Shown here in pieces: positions 21,458-32,027 of a stretch of DNA of 64,000 bases. The stretch is taken from positions 2,336,001-2,400,000 of the forward strand of contig CAUVXB020000002.1 in NCBI GenBank assembly GCA_963555825.3. Direction: 5' to 3'. The stretch comes from Alphaproteobacteria bacterium (GTDB lineage Bacteria > Pseudomonadota > Alphaproteobacteria > JAAXGF01). A program made the position numbers and the translations under genes. Positions within the stretch are counted from its first letter, which is position 1. Each line of letters starts with the position of its first letter. The notes under the pieces are model-generated. The model was not told the DNA's origin, did no database searches, and saw nothing but the letters and a program-made list of their open reading frames with translations.

Positions 21458-22209
21458 CTTGCCTATCCGGTTATCACCCACACCCACTATATGTAGTGTG
21501 CACCCATTTTCCTGAGTAAAGCTCGGTGCAGGTCGAAGCGGAGATATCTCCGGCGATGCCGAGCAGGGACTCGGACGGCATTGTAGCGGCTTTTAGGCGA
21601 CACTTTAGCGTGGTGGAAATCCTAATCATTGAGTCGGATTTGGCAAAACGCCACGTTGCATAAAGGACCGTCACTTCATTGAAATTTATCTGAAATCGGA
21701 GGTGAACGACAATGGAATATTCCAGGAAATCAGAGCTTCATTGAATTGTAGGATTCGAGTGCCGGATTATTCACAAATAGCTCTGTGAACTGGTTTTCAA
21801 GTTCGCTCAATACGTCATATGGAGTAAACGGATTGAGGATCACGTTCTTGCGTGTCGCTTCGTCTTCGCTGCGACTCAAAACGCGCAGGAGACTAACAGG
21901 CGCGGACGGGTTCTTCGCAACGATTCGTGCCAGCGCGTCGCTTTCTTCGACTAGTGCCGTCAATCGCTCAGACGATGTCGTTTCATCAGCAGCTTCCCGT
22001 CTGGCCGTGGGTTTCTTCGTTTTTCCCTTGGTCGCCACCGTTCCGTCCCCCGATGTTAAGTACGTGACGTGAATTAAACTCCGGTTCGGTTTTCAGAACA
22101 ATCAAGAATTAGCCGGATCGCCTCCTCAATGCGCCTGCGCCGGCCCTTGCCTGCAGTCCAAGGAGACACACTACATATAGTGGGTGTGGGTGATAACCGG
22201 ATAGGCAAG
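21458..22209. mobile_element. Non-autonomous mobile cassette (IS1595-like ends) with passenger gene
   Basis: Perfect 43-bp TIRs (21458-21500, 22167-22209); 8-bp TSD CTTTAATC; no transposase. Confidence 0.9.
21730..22038 (-). CDS. Small protein with leucine-rich-repeat-variant (LRV/HEAT-like) repeats; cassette cargo
   Basis: VAKNPSAPVSLLRVLS and VILNPFTPYDVLSEL repeats; GGGGGA RBS. Confidence 0.7.
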   Translation of the reverse strand: MATKGKTKKPTARREAADETTSSERLTALVEESDALARIVAKNPSAPVSLLRVLSRSEDEATRKNVILNPFTPYDVLSELENQFTELFVNNPALESYNSMKL

Positions 22210-22642
22210 CTTTAATCTTTCTAATGATTTCTTTTACGGCATCTTTGTACTTCTTTTCCCAACCTTAATATATATTGCCCCTTTTAAAACTCTCGAGTTT
22301 GTTGATCGTAGTTTTGAAGGCGCCGTTGACTTGCGTCCGCTTGGCGACACAGTTCTGCCATGCCGCCTTGCGCAGAGCGTTGGCATCGACCCCTGCGGAT
22401 TGTTGACAAGCGTTCGCGTTGCACGCGGTCGCTAAATGAAGACCCGCGTTCCCGTCGACGCATGCCGTGTGTCCCGCGTCATAGGGAATCAGGGAACAGC
22501 CTTGTTGCTTGGAAGCCGCCAGAACATCCGATTTGTCGAGCGCTAGCGCATGGCCGTGCCCGAGAAAAATCCACGCTGTCGCCATCACCGCGACCACGCC
22601 AAGTTTGACTCCGATTGTGATCTTCATTGTGTCCCTCCTTAA

Positions 22643-24112
22643 CAGCCCGTTGAAAAAGGCGTCATTGACCGGGTTTCACGCCACGGCGAAGCATATCGCG
22701 GCGAAGGCGGTTTAGCCATCCTCCGAGACGATGAGGACGATCTGAACGACCAGGACGGCTCCAGCGGGCGTAACAAGCACGAACAAGGCGCCAATTCCGC
22801 CCGCCACGGCCTCCTTCGGGGTGCCGGCGCCGATGAGTTGGCGCATCAGCAACGATAGGTTGTGGCCGGCGACGTGAAGCAGGTATCGCTTGTGCACGTT
22901 CTCGCGGCCCCGAAGCCAGGTCCGGCGCATACCGCCGCGATCGAGGTTGTGGGCAAAGGAGCGCTCGACGATCTCGGCGCGCAGCTTGAAGGCTTCCCTG
23001 GCCACCCCCGATAACAGCCGGGTCCGGTTGTTGGTGACCGCCCGGCGAGCCGCATCATCTCCGTGCCAGCGCGCAAAACCCTTCTGCTTGGGCTCGGAGA
23101 TCCGGCTCTTCCAGGGGCCGTCGTCGAGCGCCTTCAAGACCAACCGTGAGTGGTAGCCCTTATCGGTCACACATTCGGCCGGATCTTCGGCCGTCGGCGC
23201 CACATCCACCGCCTCGAGGTTTGCCTCGGCCGCCGCCAGGGTCTTGGGAAGCGTTGTCGTATCGCCCTCGTCGGCCGGGTGCAGCTCCGCCGCCACCACC
23301 GCGCCGGTGTCCAGATCCACCGCGTGCTCGGGCTTGTAGGCCAGGTGCGTGGTGCCGTCCTTCATCTTGGCGATCTTGGCCTCGGGGTCGCTCCTGGAAA
23401 CCCAGTCCTGGTTCGAGAGCTTCTTGCCCTTGCGCTTGCGGTCCAGACGCGCCAGGTCCTCAGCCGTGGGTGTCTCGATACCGCTCTCCTGGGCCAAGCG
23501 CTCCAGCATCCCCCGGTAACCCTCGCCCGTGTCCCTCCGCACGATGTTGCGCAGCGCCGCGTTGGCCTCCATGGTCGAGGCATCCACCCCGATGCGCTCG
23601 CCCTTCACCAGACCCGCCTCGGCGATCAGCGCCAGGACCCAGTCAAACACCGCCGTGTGGACTTCATGGGGCAGGCGCGCGCGGGTCCGTGACAGCCAGG
23701 AATGGTCCGGCACCCGTTCCCGCCTCTCCAACAGCAGGAACTCCCGTAGCGACAGGGAATCCGAGCACCGCCACTCCAGCCCACGCTCAGAGTCGATACC
23801 CTCGAAGTAGCCCACCAGGTGCATACGGAAGTAGCGCCCGGGTGGCACCGAAGGCGCCCCCATCCTGGCCGCGTAATAGGGCTGGCAGACCGCCTCGGCG
23901 AAGCCGTCGAAGCCGCCCTCGATCAGTACCAACTGCAGGCGGTCGTAAAATACATGACCTGGCGAGCGCGGCATCTCCGACCAGCTCACCATCAAGTCCC
24001 CCTGACGATCCTTCTGCTGTCCCATCGCCATCAGCGAACCCCCCTTCAGGCCAGGACACCAGAGAATCAGACCATGCCGACTTCGTCCAGGGAAGACTTC
24101 GTCAACGGGCTG
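22643..24112 (-). mobile_element. IS1182-family element; transposase 22712..24031
   Basis: CAGCCCGTTGA IRs, TTAA duplication; PDHSWLSRTR, VDAST, DKGY, VERSFA motifs. Confidence 0.88.
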
Positions 24113-24283
24113 TTAAGGGGTCGTCACGCGTTCGTCACCCGTGATGCTCGGTGTGGCGCCTTGTGAAACCAACGCCAAACGGGCGCGAGGCTCGAACCTG
24201 CCGGGCCGCATGCTTGGCTGGCGGGAGCCACCCCGCTTCAACCGGGCCCGGCTCGGCATTTTCTCTCGTCACGCCTCTGACTC

Positions 24284-24853
24284 TCAGCCGCTAGCGCGGA
24301 CAGAAACATAGTATGACTTGTCTTCCAACGACCCGAACGATCCAAACGTCTGGTCAATCGCCTTCGCCACTTTCTCATCACGATACGCCACAACCGTCTC
24401 GCTCCGATCAACGGATACGGGCCATGTTTCGGCACTCGAATCCGTTTCTTCAACAGCGAGTATCGCAAGTGAGATCTGCAATTCGCCATTCTTTGCGAAA
24501 GAGATGCACAGACTATTCAGCGATTGGAGGTGCGGTAATTCTGCGAGCAGTCCCTCTACCCCGGCAGTTCGATTGCCCGTCGATGTTTTGCGAAAGGCAG
24601 ACGAGATGCATAGATTCGCGAGGCCGCCCGAGATATTCATCCTGTAAATACTCGACCTGGCCGTTGTCCGATTAGCGAGGGATTGCATGGGGATCATACC
24701 CACACATGTATTCCACCAAGCCGGTTGAAGCACTTTTTCGGTACTTCCTGCGATCTTTTCGGACACCGCCGCGCATATGCTTTCGGCTATGTTTGGCCGT
24801 TCAGTCCTAGTCGCAGCAAATACACCAGCACAAGTCCTGGTAAAAAGGCTCAT
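24284..24853 (-). pseudogene. Hypothetical low-GC gene, probably decayed
   Basis: Open frame lying directly downstream of the 28709..29588 gene once the IS block is removed; no recognisable motif. Confidence 0.35.
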
Positions 24854-24913
24854 AGTTAGCGACCTTAGTCAGTTCCGTAATTTTCCGAGTGACTTGAGCC
24901 GAATGCCTGTCTA

Positions 24914-26093
24914 GTGTCCTGATCGATAAATTGATATGATTATGTCTCTATTTGTTTTTAGGAGGCGCGATTGATGGCGAGAGTGGCGGTGACGATCTCT
25001 TTGAGCGATGACGAGCGCGCCGAATTGGAGGCGCTGTCTCGTCGTCGCAAGACGTCGCAGGGGCTTGCGCGGCGGGCTCGGATCGTCTTGGCGGCGGCGG
25101 AAGGGTTGGAGAACAAGGAGATCGCCGTTCGTCTCGAGGCGAGCGCGGACACCGTGGGCAAGTGGCGTCGCCGCTATGCGGCGGAGGGCCTCGACGGTCT
25201 GTACGACGAACCCCGCCCCGGCGCGCCGCGTCAAATCGGCGATGACGCCATCGCGGAAGCGGTCCGGCTGACGCTGGAAGAGACGCCGCCGGACGCGACC
25301 CATTGGAGCCTTCGCTCGATGGCGCGGGCGAGCGGCCACGCGCCCTCGACCATTCATCGCATCTGGCGGGCCTTCGGCTTGCAGCCGCATCGCTCGGAGA
25401 CCTTCAAGCTGTCGAGCGATCCCTTCTTCGTGGAGAAGGTCCGCGACATCGTCGGTCTGTATTTGGCGCCGCCGGATCGTGCCCTGGTTCTCTGTGTCGA
25501 CGAAAAGAGCCAGATCCAGGCCCTGGACCGTTCCCAGCCCCTCTTGCCGATGCGCCCCGGGCAGGCGGAGCGGCGCAGCCACGACTACAAGCGCCACGGC
25601 ACGACCTCTCTCTTCGCGGCCCTCGACATCGCCACGGGAGAGATCATCGGCAAATGTTTCCCGCGCCATCGGGCCCGAGAGTTCCGCAAATTCCTCGACC
25701 TCGTCGAGGCGACACGTCCCTGCTGATCTCGACATCCACATCGTCATGGACAACTACGGGACCCACAAGACCAAGGCGATCCGCGACTGGTTCGCCAAAC
25801 GGCCGCGCTGGCAGGCCCATTTCACACCCACCAGCGCCTCCTGGCTGAACCAGGTCGAGCGCTGGTTCGGGCTGCTGACCGACAAGCAGATCAGGCGCGG
25901 CGTCCATCGCTCCACCAAGGAGTTGGAGCGCACCATCCTCGACTACATCGACACGACAAACCAGAACCCCAAACCCTTCAAATGGACCAAATCCGCCGAT
26001 GACATCCTCGGCGCCATCCAGCGCTTCTGCCTCCGAACAATCGAAATCGCTGAACAGCAGGCGAAAATCATGCGAACTTCGGAATCGGGACAC
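24914..26093 (+). mobile_element. IS630-family element, first of a tandem pair; transposase frameshifted near 25712
   Basis: TA-flanked; one extra base (GCGACACGT vs GCGAACGT) relative to the neighbouring copy. Confidence 0.93.
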
Positions 26094-26095
26094 TA

Positions 26096-27274
26096 GTGTC
26101 CTGATCGATAAATTGATATGATTATGTCTCTATTTGTTTTTAGGAGGCGCGATTGATGGCGAGAGTGGCGGTGACGATCTCTTTGAGCGATGACGAGCGC
26201 GCCGAATTGGAGGCGCTGTCTCGTCGTCGCAAGACGTCGCAGGGGCTTGCGCGGCGGGCTCGGATCGTCTTGGCGGCGGCGGAAGGGTTGGAGAACAAGG
26301 AGATCGCCGTTCGTCTCGAGGCGAGCGCGGACACCGTGGGCAAGTGGCGTCGCCGCTATGCGGCGGAGGGCCTCGACGGTCTGTACGACGAACCCCGCCC
26401 CGGCGCGCCGCGTCAAATCGGCGATGACGCCATCGCGGAAGCGGTCCGGCTGACGCTGGAAGAGACGCCGCCGGACGCGACCCATTGGAGCCTTCGCTCG
26501 ATGGCGCGGGCGAGCGGCCACGCGCCCTCGACCATTCATCGCATCTGGCGGGCCTTCGGCTTGCAGCCGCATCGCTCGGAGACCTTCAAGCTGTCGAGCG
26601 ATCCCTTCTTCGTGGAGAAGGTCCGCGACATCGTCGGTCTGTATTTGGCGCCGCCGGATCGTGCCCTGGTTCTCTGTGTCGACGAAAAGAGCCAGATCCA
26701 GGCCCTGGACCGTTCCCAGCCCCTCTTGCCGATGCGCCCCGGGCAGGCGGAGCGGCGCAGCCACGACTACAAGCGCCACGGCACGACCTCTCTCTTCGCG
26801 GCCCTCGACATCGCCACGGGAGAGATCATCGGCAAATGTTTCCCGCGCCATCGGGCCCGAGAGTTCCGCAAATTCCTCGACCTCGTCGAGGCGAACGTCC
26901 CTGCTGATCTCGACATCCACATCGTCATGGACAACTACGGGACCCACAAGACCAAGGCGATCCGCGACTGGTTCGCCAAACGGCCGCGCTGGCAGGCCCA
27001 TTTCACACCCACCAGCGCCTCCTGGCTGAACCAGGTCGAGCGCTGGTTCGGGCTGCTGACCGACAAGCAGATCAGGCGCGGCGTCCATCGCTCCACCAAG
27101 GAGTTGGAGCGCACCATCCTCGACTACATCGACACGACAAACCAGAACCCCAAACCCTTCAAATGGACCAAATCCGCCGATGACATCCTCGGCGCCATCC
27201 AGCGCTTCTGCCTCCGAACAATCGAAATCGCTGAACAGCAGGCGAAAATCATGCGAACTTCGGAATCGGGACAC
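26096..27274 (+). mobile_element. IS630-family element, second of the tandem pair; intact transposase 26153..27277
   Basis: [26 protein letters not shown]; shares the TA at 26094-26095. Confidence 0.95.
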
Positions 27275-27288
27275 TAGTTGGCTGTAGG

Positions 27289-28708
27289 TGTATCGCACCC
27301 GGTTCCTTGGACACAAGTTTGTCTCATGCGGCGGGCCTGAGTGACATCGCGGTGTGCCACGCCTGACGAGCTTGAGCGGGGCTCAGGTAGCCGTTCTTCT
27401 CCACGATCCACTGGGCATTGTACTGTTCGACGAACCCGCGGACGGCGTTCCGCAGCTCCGCGATGTTGCGGTAGATGCGGCCATGGATGATCTGTTCCTT
27501 GAGCGTGCGATTGAACCTCTCGGCGACGCCGTTGGTCTGGGGCTGTTCGACGAAGGCGTAGGACGGCTGGATGCCCCAGAACTTGATCTGGTTGGTGAAG
27601 TGGTCCGACAGATACTGGGAGCCGTGATCCATCCGCAAGGCCAGCCCCCGCGCCGCACCGGCGGAGGTCGAGGCATACAGCCTCGCAAGCCCCATGGAGA
27701 TCGGCTGAAGGGCGGCGAAGCGGTCGCCTCGCTTGCACACATGCCAGCCGACGCACTCGGCGTTCCAATGCTCGATGGCGGTGAATATCCAGCCCCAGCC
27801 GTCGTCCACCGTGAACACCCGAACGCCGTCCGTGCCCCACATGAGGTTGGGGGCATGGGTGATGATCTCACCGACATGGGGATTTCCGCCACGGCGGCGG
27901 CAGCGATGGGGCGAGAGCAGGTTGTTCTCGCGCATCACCCGGAGCCCCCGCTTGCGGGAAACACGGATGCCACGACAGACCCGAAGCCGAGCCCAGACCT
28001 TGCGGTGTCCCTCGCCCTCCCAGGGGGATGCCTCCAGGTCGGCCTCGATGGCCACCAGCAGAGCCTCGTCCGAGATCGAGGGCTTCGGTCCCCGGCGCTT
28101 TGCTGGTGGGCGCTCAGCGGTGGCCTGCTGCCGGGATTTCATGGCGTAGAACGAGGAACGGGCAAAACCCCAGGCCGCACAGACCCGCTGGAGGCCGTAG
28201 GCCAAACCCGTGCCGGGAGAGGTGGCGGCACTCATCGCCGCGACCTCCGCCGCCCCAAAGGGCCGGACGTCTCCGTCTTGGCCTCCAGCAGTTCCACCTG
28301 CATGATCAACTCCCCGATCCGCTTCATGGCGATGTCCAGTTCCGCCTTCACCGGATCGCCCTTGCGTTCCTTGAGCGAGGCATCGATCCCGGCGATCGCC
28401 TTCTCACGCCACTGCTCGAGCCGGAAAATCTCCACGCCCAACTGCCGCGACAAAAGTTCCACCGGCTCGCCACGCAAAAGCCGCAGGGCAACCTCACGCT
28501 TGCGCGTCACCGTCCACCGCTGGCCAAGTCCCAGCGGGCCTGCCGGCGAAACCTGGCCCGGGGAAAACGTGGACGAGCCAAGCTCGCCCTCGTTTACCAC
28601 AGGCCCATCAACAGCAACTTTGTTCTCAAAATTGTCGGTCATGTTCCGGTCCTCCTTGGACACTTCGATTAAGCCAATTCTGTGTCCAAGGAAATCGGGT
28701 CCGACTCA
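27289..28708 (-). mobile_element. IS3-family element (type B), complete; orfA 28232..28663, orfB 27324..28235
   Basis: TG...CA IRs sharing TTCCTTGGACAC; WGTD, DHGSQY, AERFNRTLK motifs. Confidence 0.93.
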
Positions 28709-29588
28709 TAGTTGACTGTAGGTGTAATGTCCTTTTGGGGTGTGCTGGGAGCACTGAAGAAATTCTTTGCCTTCTTGGACTGTTCGGTTGATTTTTTGTT
28801 TATCAGACTTTGGAAGCTCTCATAGTCATGGCCGCCCTCGCGAATGCGTGAAGTCTGGACCAGGCAGGTGCTCTCGACATATGACATGCTGACGCTTACG
28901 GATTTGACGTCTACGCAAACACCCTTCAACTCCATGAAGTGCTCAGAGAACTCAATCTGCCGCAAGACGATGGCTCCATAGTCAAAGTCCCTCCTAGTGC
29001 ATTTTCCTTGATGTAACTTTGATAGCTACAGTTCAACGCCTTGTAGCTTTCAGAAGTCATTTGCGCGATGAAGACAACATCCCGTACTGAATTGAGAAAG
29101 GAGGTGAAGTCCACTAGAAGTGAAGCCCCGTCGGTAATGATGGCGCTGGCAACGAGACTAAGGAATTCGCCAGAAATGCTGACGCCACTGATGTTGTTGT
29201 TATAGTTCTTCCTTACGTTTTTGCCTATCGCCAAATCCGGGATTCTTCCCAGGACATGTTGCCATGTCTTAATGTCTAGTTTCTGGCTGGATACCATAGG
29301 ATAGTGCGTGTCCATATAGGCAAACACCAACCCGCCTATCGCCAAGAGGTTGTTTGCATTCTCATTCATGATCCCACTGAATGCGGGGTCCTGTGGTTTC
29401 TGACCAATTAGGTGGAACTGGACCGTTCCCTGGTCGCTAGCGTAGGACTCCGGCGTCGGTGCCGTGGCATCCCTAGCAGCAAAGACAAGCGGAGTGGAAT
29501 GGAACAAATCCTGGGCGCTCGAGTACATTTGCGTTGATTGCTGCTTGCTCGCTGCTTCTGCTGCCTGACCTTTGAGTAGGTTTGACAT
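28709..29588 (-). pseudogene. Low-GC ~290-aa protein, frameshifted near 28990; possible Evf/Cyt-fold-like factor
   Basis: Two overlapping ORFs (237 aa and 98 aa) join by a 1-bp shift; family assignment by eye only. Confidence 0.55.
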
Positions 29589-29673
29589 GGTCACTCTCTC
29601 CCTTTGGTTGTCCGATGAGATCGGCGGTCGAATTTGCACGCGCTTGCGCGCGGATGAGGAGAATCTCCCTTAA

Positions 29674-29870
29674 CCGGGATTTCCCAGATGGCTAACCCGC
29701 GCTTGATCGAACCGAAGCCCGTCGGCGCGCCTTTGGGAAACAGGCCGGGACGCGACGCTCATCGAGCACCGGATCGCGACCGCGACGATTATCATATTCG
29801 GCTCAATGTTCTTCGGGACGTGTGGAAGCATGATCGGCCGGAACTGGGTCTGTGCGGGATATCGCAAAAC
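29674..29870. mobile_element. Probable IS1380-type terminal remnant
   Basis: TTAA followed by CCGGGATTTCCCAGATG resembles the IS1380 end at 15700; inner boundary uncertain. Confidence 0.45.
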
Positions 29871-30266
29871 ATTCGAACTCTACCCCCCGTTGTTGTATGT
29901 GAATATTGTTTTAGTCGAGTTGCTATTTTTGACGTTCTTCCTACACACGCAGAAACCGTAAACCCGGTTTGTTTCGGTGGCTCCTACCACGTGGTAGTAT
30001 TGGATTAAATCTTTTATAGTAACAGTGGCTGGAGTCGGGCGGAGGGTTTTAAAGCGATCAAAGGTTGTCTGGCAATAGAAATATGGATGGGTGGGGTACG
30101 AGCAATTTTGAATTGTTCGGTTGATGATTTCGCGTTATAGTTCATTGCCTCGACGCCGCCGCATTGCCCGGCAGCCCGTTGCGCGCGGGCCTGTCGTCTG
30201 TGCCGCTTACCCCATGGGTCCAAGGCGAGGCAACGCCTGGATTAAGCCGATGGAGACGAAACAATC

Positions 30267-30893
30267 GTGTCAAACCCTAGCCGTGAACTTCTGCTTGCAG
30301 AGGCGCTGGATCTCTTGTCCATCGCGATCTTTATCATTGGCCCCGACTACGGAGTGGCATGGTTGAACCAGCGCGGGAAGTCGCTCGTCGAGTCGCGGGA
30401 TGGAATGTCGCTGACCAACAAACGGCTGCGGGGAGATACCACGACGCAGTCTCGGGAAATCGATGAGGTCTTGGATCGCACGACGCTTCGGCAGCTCCTA
30501 CCGAGCCCGGACCGTTTGGTCTTGGCGCGCTCGATCACCCGAAGGTCTGGGGAGCGGCCCTTGCAGCTCGTCGCAACGGCCGTGCCCGATGCCAATTCTG
30601 GTAAGGCTTCCAACGACCGATTCGCGATTCTGCTTGTCGGTGAATACGACTCCCATCGGCTTGCCCGACCCGAACTGCTCGGGGTGCTGTTCGACCTGAC
30701 GCCGACCGAGGCCCGGGTCGCCGCCGAGGTCGCCAATGGGCAGTCTCTCGACGACGTGGCGCGCGAATTGAGACTCGGCATCGGCACGGTGAGGTGGCAC
30801 GTGAAACGGATCATGTCGCGCACGGATACGCGCCGGCAAGCGGAGCTCGTTCGCATGATCCTGCTGAGTCCCGTTGGCATATTGGCGGCCTGA
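30267..30893 (+). CDS. LuxR-type HTH regulator with PAS-like region (start uncertain)
   Basis: FDLTPTEARVA...GTVRWHVKRIMSRTDTRRQAELV. Confidence 0.8.
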   Translation: MSNPSRELLLAEALDLLSIAIFIIGPDYGVAWLNQRGKSLVESRDGMSLTNKRLRGDTTTQSREIDEVLDRTTLRQLLPSPDRLVLARSITRRSGERPLQLVATAVPDANSGKASNDRFAILLVGEYDSHRLARPELLGVLFDLTPTEARVAAEVANGQSLDDVARELRLGIGTVRWHVKRIMSRTDTRRQAELVRMILLSPVGILAA

Positions 30894-30968
30894 CGAACGT
30901 TCCGCGAGATGGACGCCTCGACGGCCCGACGCGGCATGGGAAAGCCGCCCGCAGGCGCGCCTCCGCGG

Positions 30969-31772
30969 TCACTCGCCGGTGAAGTTCGGCTCGCGTTTCT
31001 CGAAGAAGGCGTTGGTGCCCTCGAGGTTGTCGCGCGTCATCGCGGTCTGGACGAGCGCCTCGGTCTCGAAGTCGAGCGCCGCCTCGAGCGAGGATTCGAG
31101 CGCCCTGTCGATCATCACCTTGTGGAGCTGGACGGCGACCGGCGCGCGGCTCGCGATGCGCCGAGCCAGTGCCTCGGCGGCCTGGCGTTCCTCGCCCGCC
31201 GGCACGACGCGGTTGACCAGGCCGATGCGGTGGGCCTCCTCGGCGCCGATGAACTCGCCCGTGTAGGCCAGCTCACGGGCGCGCGCGAGGCCGACCTTGC
31301 GTGGCATGAAGAAGGTGCCGCCGTTGGTGATGGTCACCCCGATGTTGACCTCGGGGAAGCCGAACTGCGCGTCGGCGGCCGCGACCACCAGGTCGCAGGC
31401 GAAGACCACCTCGCAGCCCGCCCCGACCGCGTAGCCCTGGACCGCGGCGATCACCGGAAAGCGCGCGCGGCGGATCAGCCGGGTCGAGTTCTGCAGGCTC
31501 TTCTGCCACTCGCGCAGCTGGCTGGCCGTCAGCTTGCCGGCGACCATGTCCTCGTTGTGCTCGCGGATCTCGCCGACGTCGTGGCCGGCGAGAAACGAAC
31601 GGCCCTCGCCCGCCAGCACCAGGCAGCGCACCTCGCGGTCCTTGTCAAGCTCGGCCAGCAATTCGTCCATCTTGGTCCAGCTCTCGATGGTCATGGCGTT
31701 GAGCCGGTTGGGCCGGTTGAAGATCAGCCAGGCGACGTGGCCGTCCTTGCGGACGATGATGCGGTCGGTCAT
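30969..31772 (-). CDS. Enoyl-CoA hydratase/isomerase family protein
   Basis: NRPNRLNA, FLAGHD, AVGAGCE, FGFPEVNIG, F.EKREPNF. Confidence 0.92.
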   Translation of the reverse strand: MTDRIIVRKDGHVAWLIFNRPNRLNAMTIESWTKMDELLAELDKDREVRCLVLAGEGRSFLAGHDVGEIREHNEDMVAGKLTASQLREWQKSLQNSTRLIRRARFPVIAAVQGYAVGAGCEVVFACDLVVAAADAQFGFPEVNIGVTITNGGTFFMPRKVGLARARELAYTGEFIGAEEAHRIGLVNRVVPAGEERQAAEALARRIASRAPVAVQLHKVMIDRALESSLEAALDFETEALVQTAMTRDNLEGTNAFFEKREPNFTGE

Positions 31773-31844
31773 CGGGGCTCTCCCTCACTCTTAGTTTCCG
31801 TGCGCCGTCACTTTGTAACGGCGAACTGCGTTCAATTGCCACGC

Positions 31845-31927
31845 AGGCCAATCTTGATCCCACAAGGCCAATCTTGATCCCACAAGGCCAATCTTGATCC
31901 CACAAGGCCAATCTTGATCCCACAAGG
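31845..31927. repeat. Perfect tandem repeat, 20 bp x4 (AGGCCAATCTTGATCCCACA)
   Basis: Direct reading; no spacers. Confidence 0.95.
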
Positions 31928-32027
31928 ACTGGCCGAACGGTCGGCGGCCCCCCTCTTGTCCCAATTAGACTGGCGCGGGCTTGCGACATCCGAACGATAG
32001 TACTCGTTCGGATGTCGCGCTCGTCGG

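Larger units (their letters stand above)
21373..22627 (-). pseudogene. Cys-rich secreted protein with an in-frame stop (22265-22267), interrupted by the 752-bp cassette
   Basis: Signal peptide; frame continues GWEKKYKDAVKEIIRKIK|AGQPNHRTQLRNADGNVVKCERFVE* across the insertion; 6 Cys in total. Confidence 0.75.

Noticed and set aside
31845-31927. CRISPR array
   Set aside because: Repeats are contiguous with no spacers, only 20 bp long, and there are no cas genes in the window
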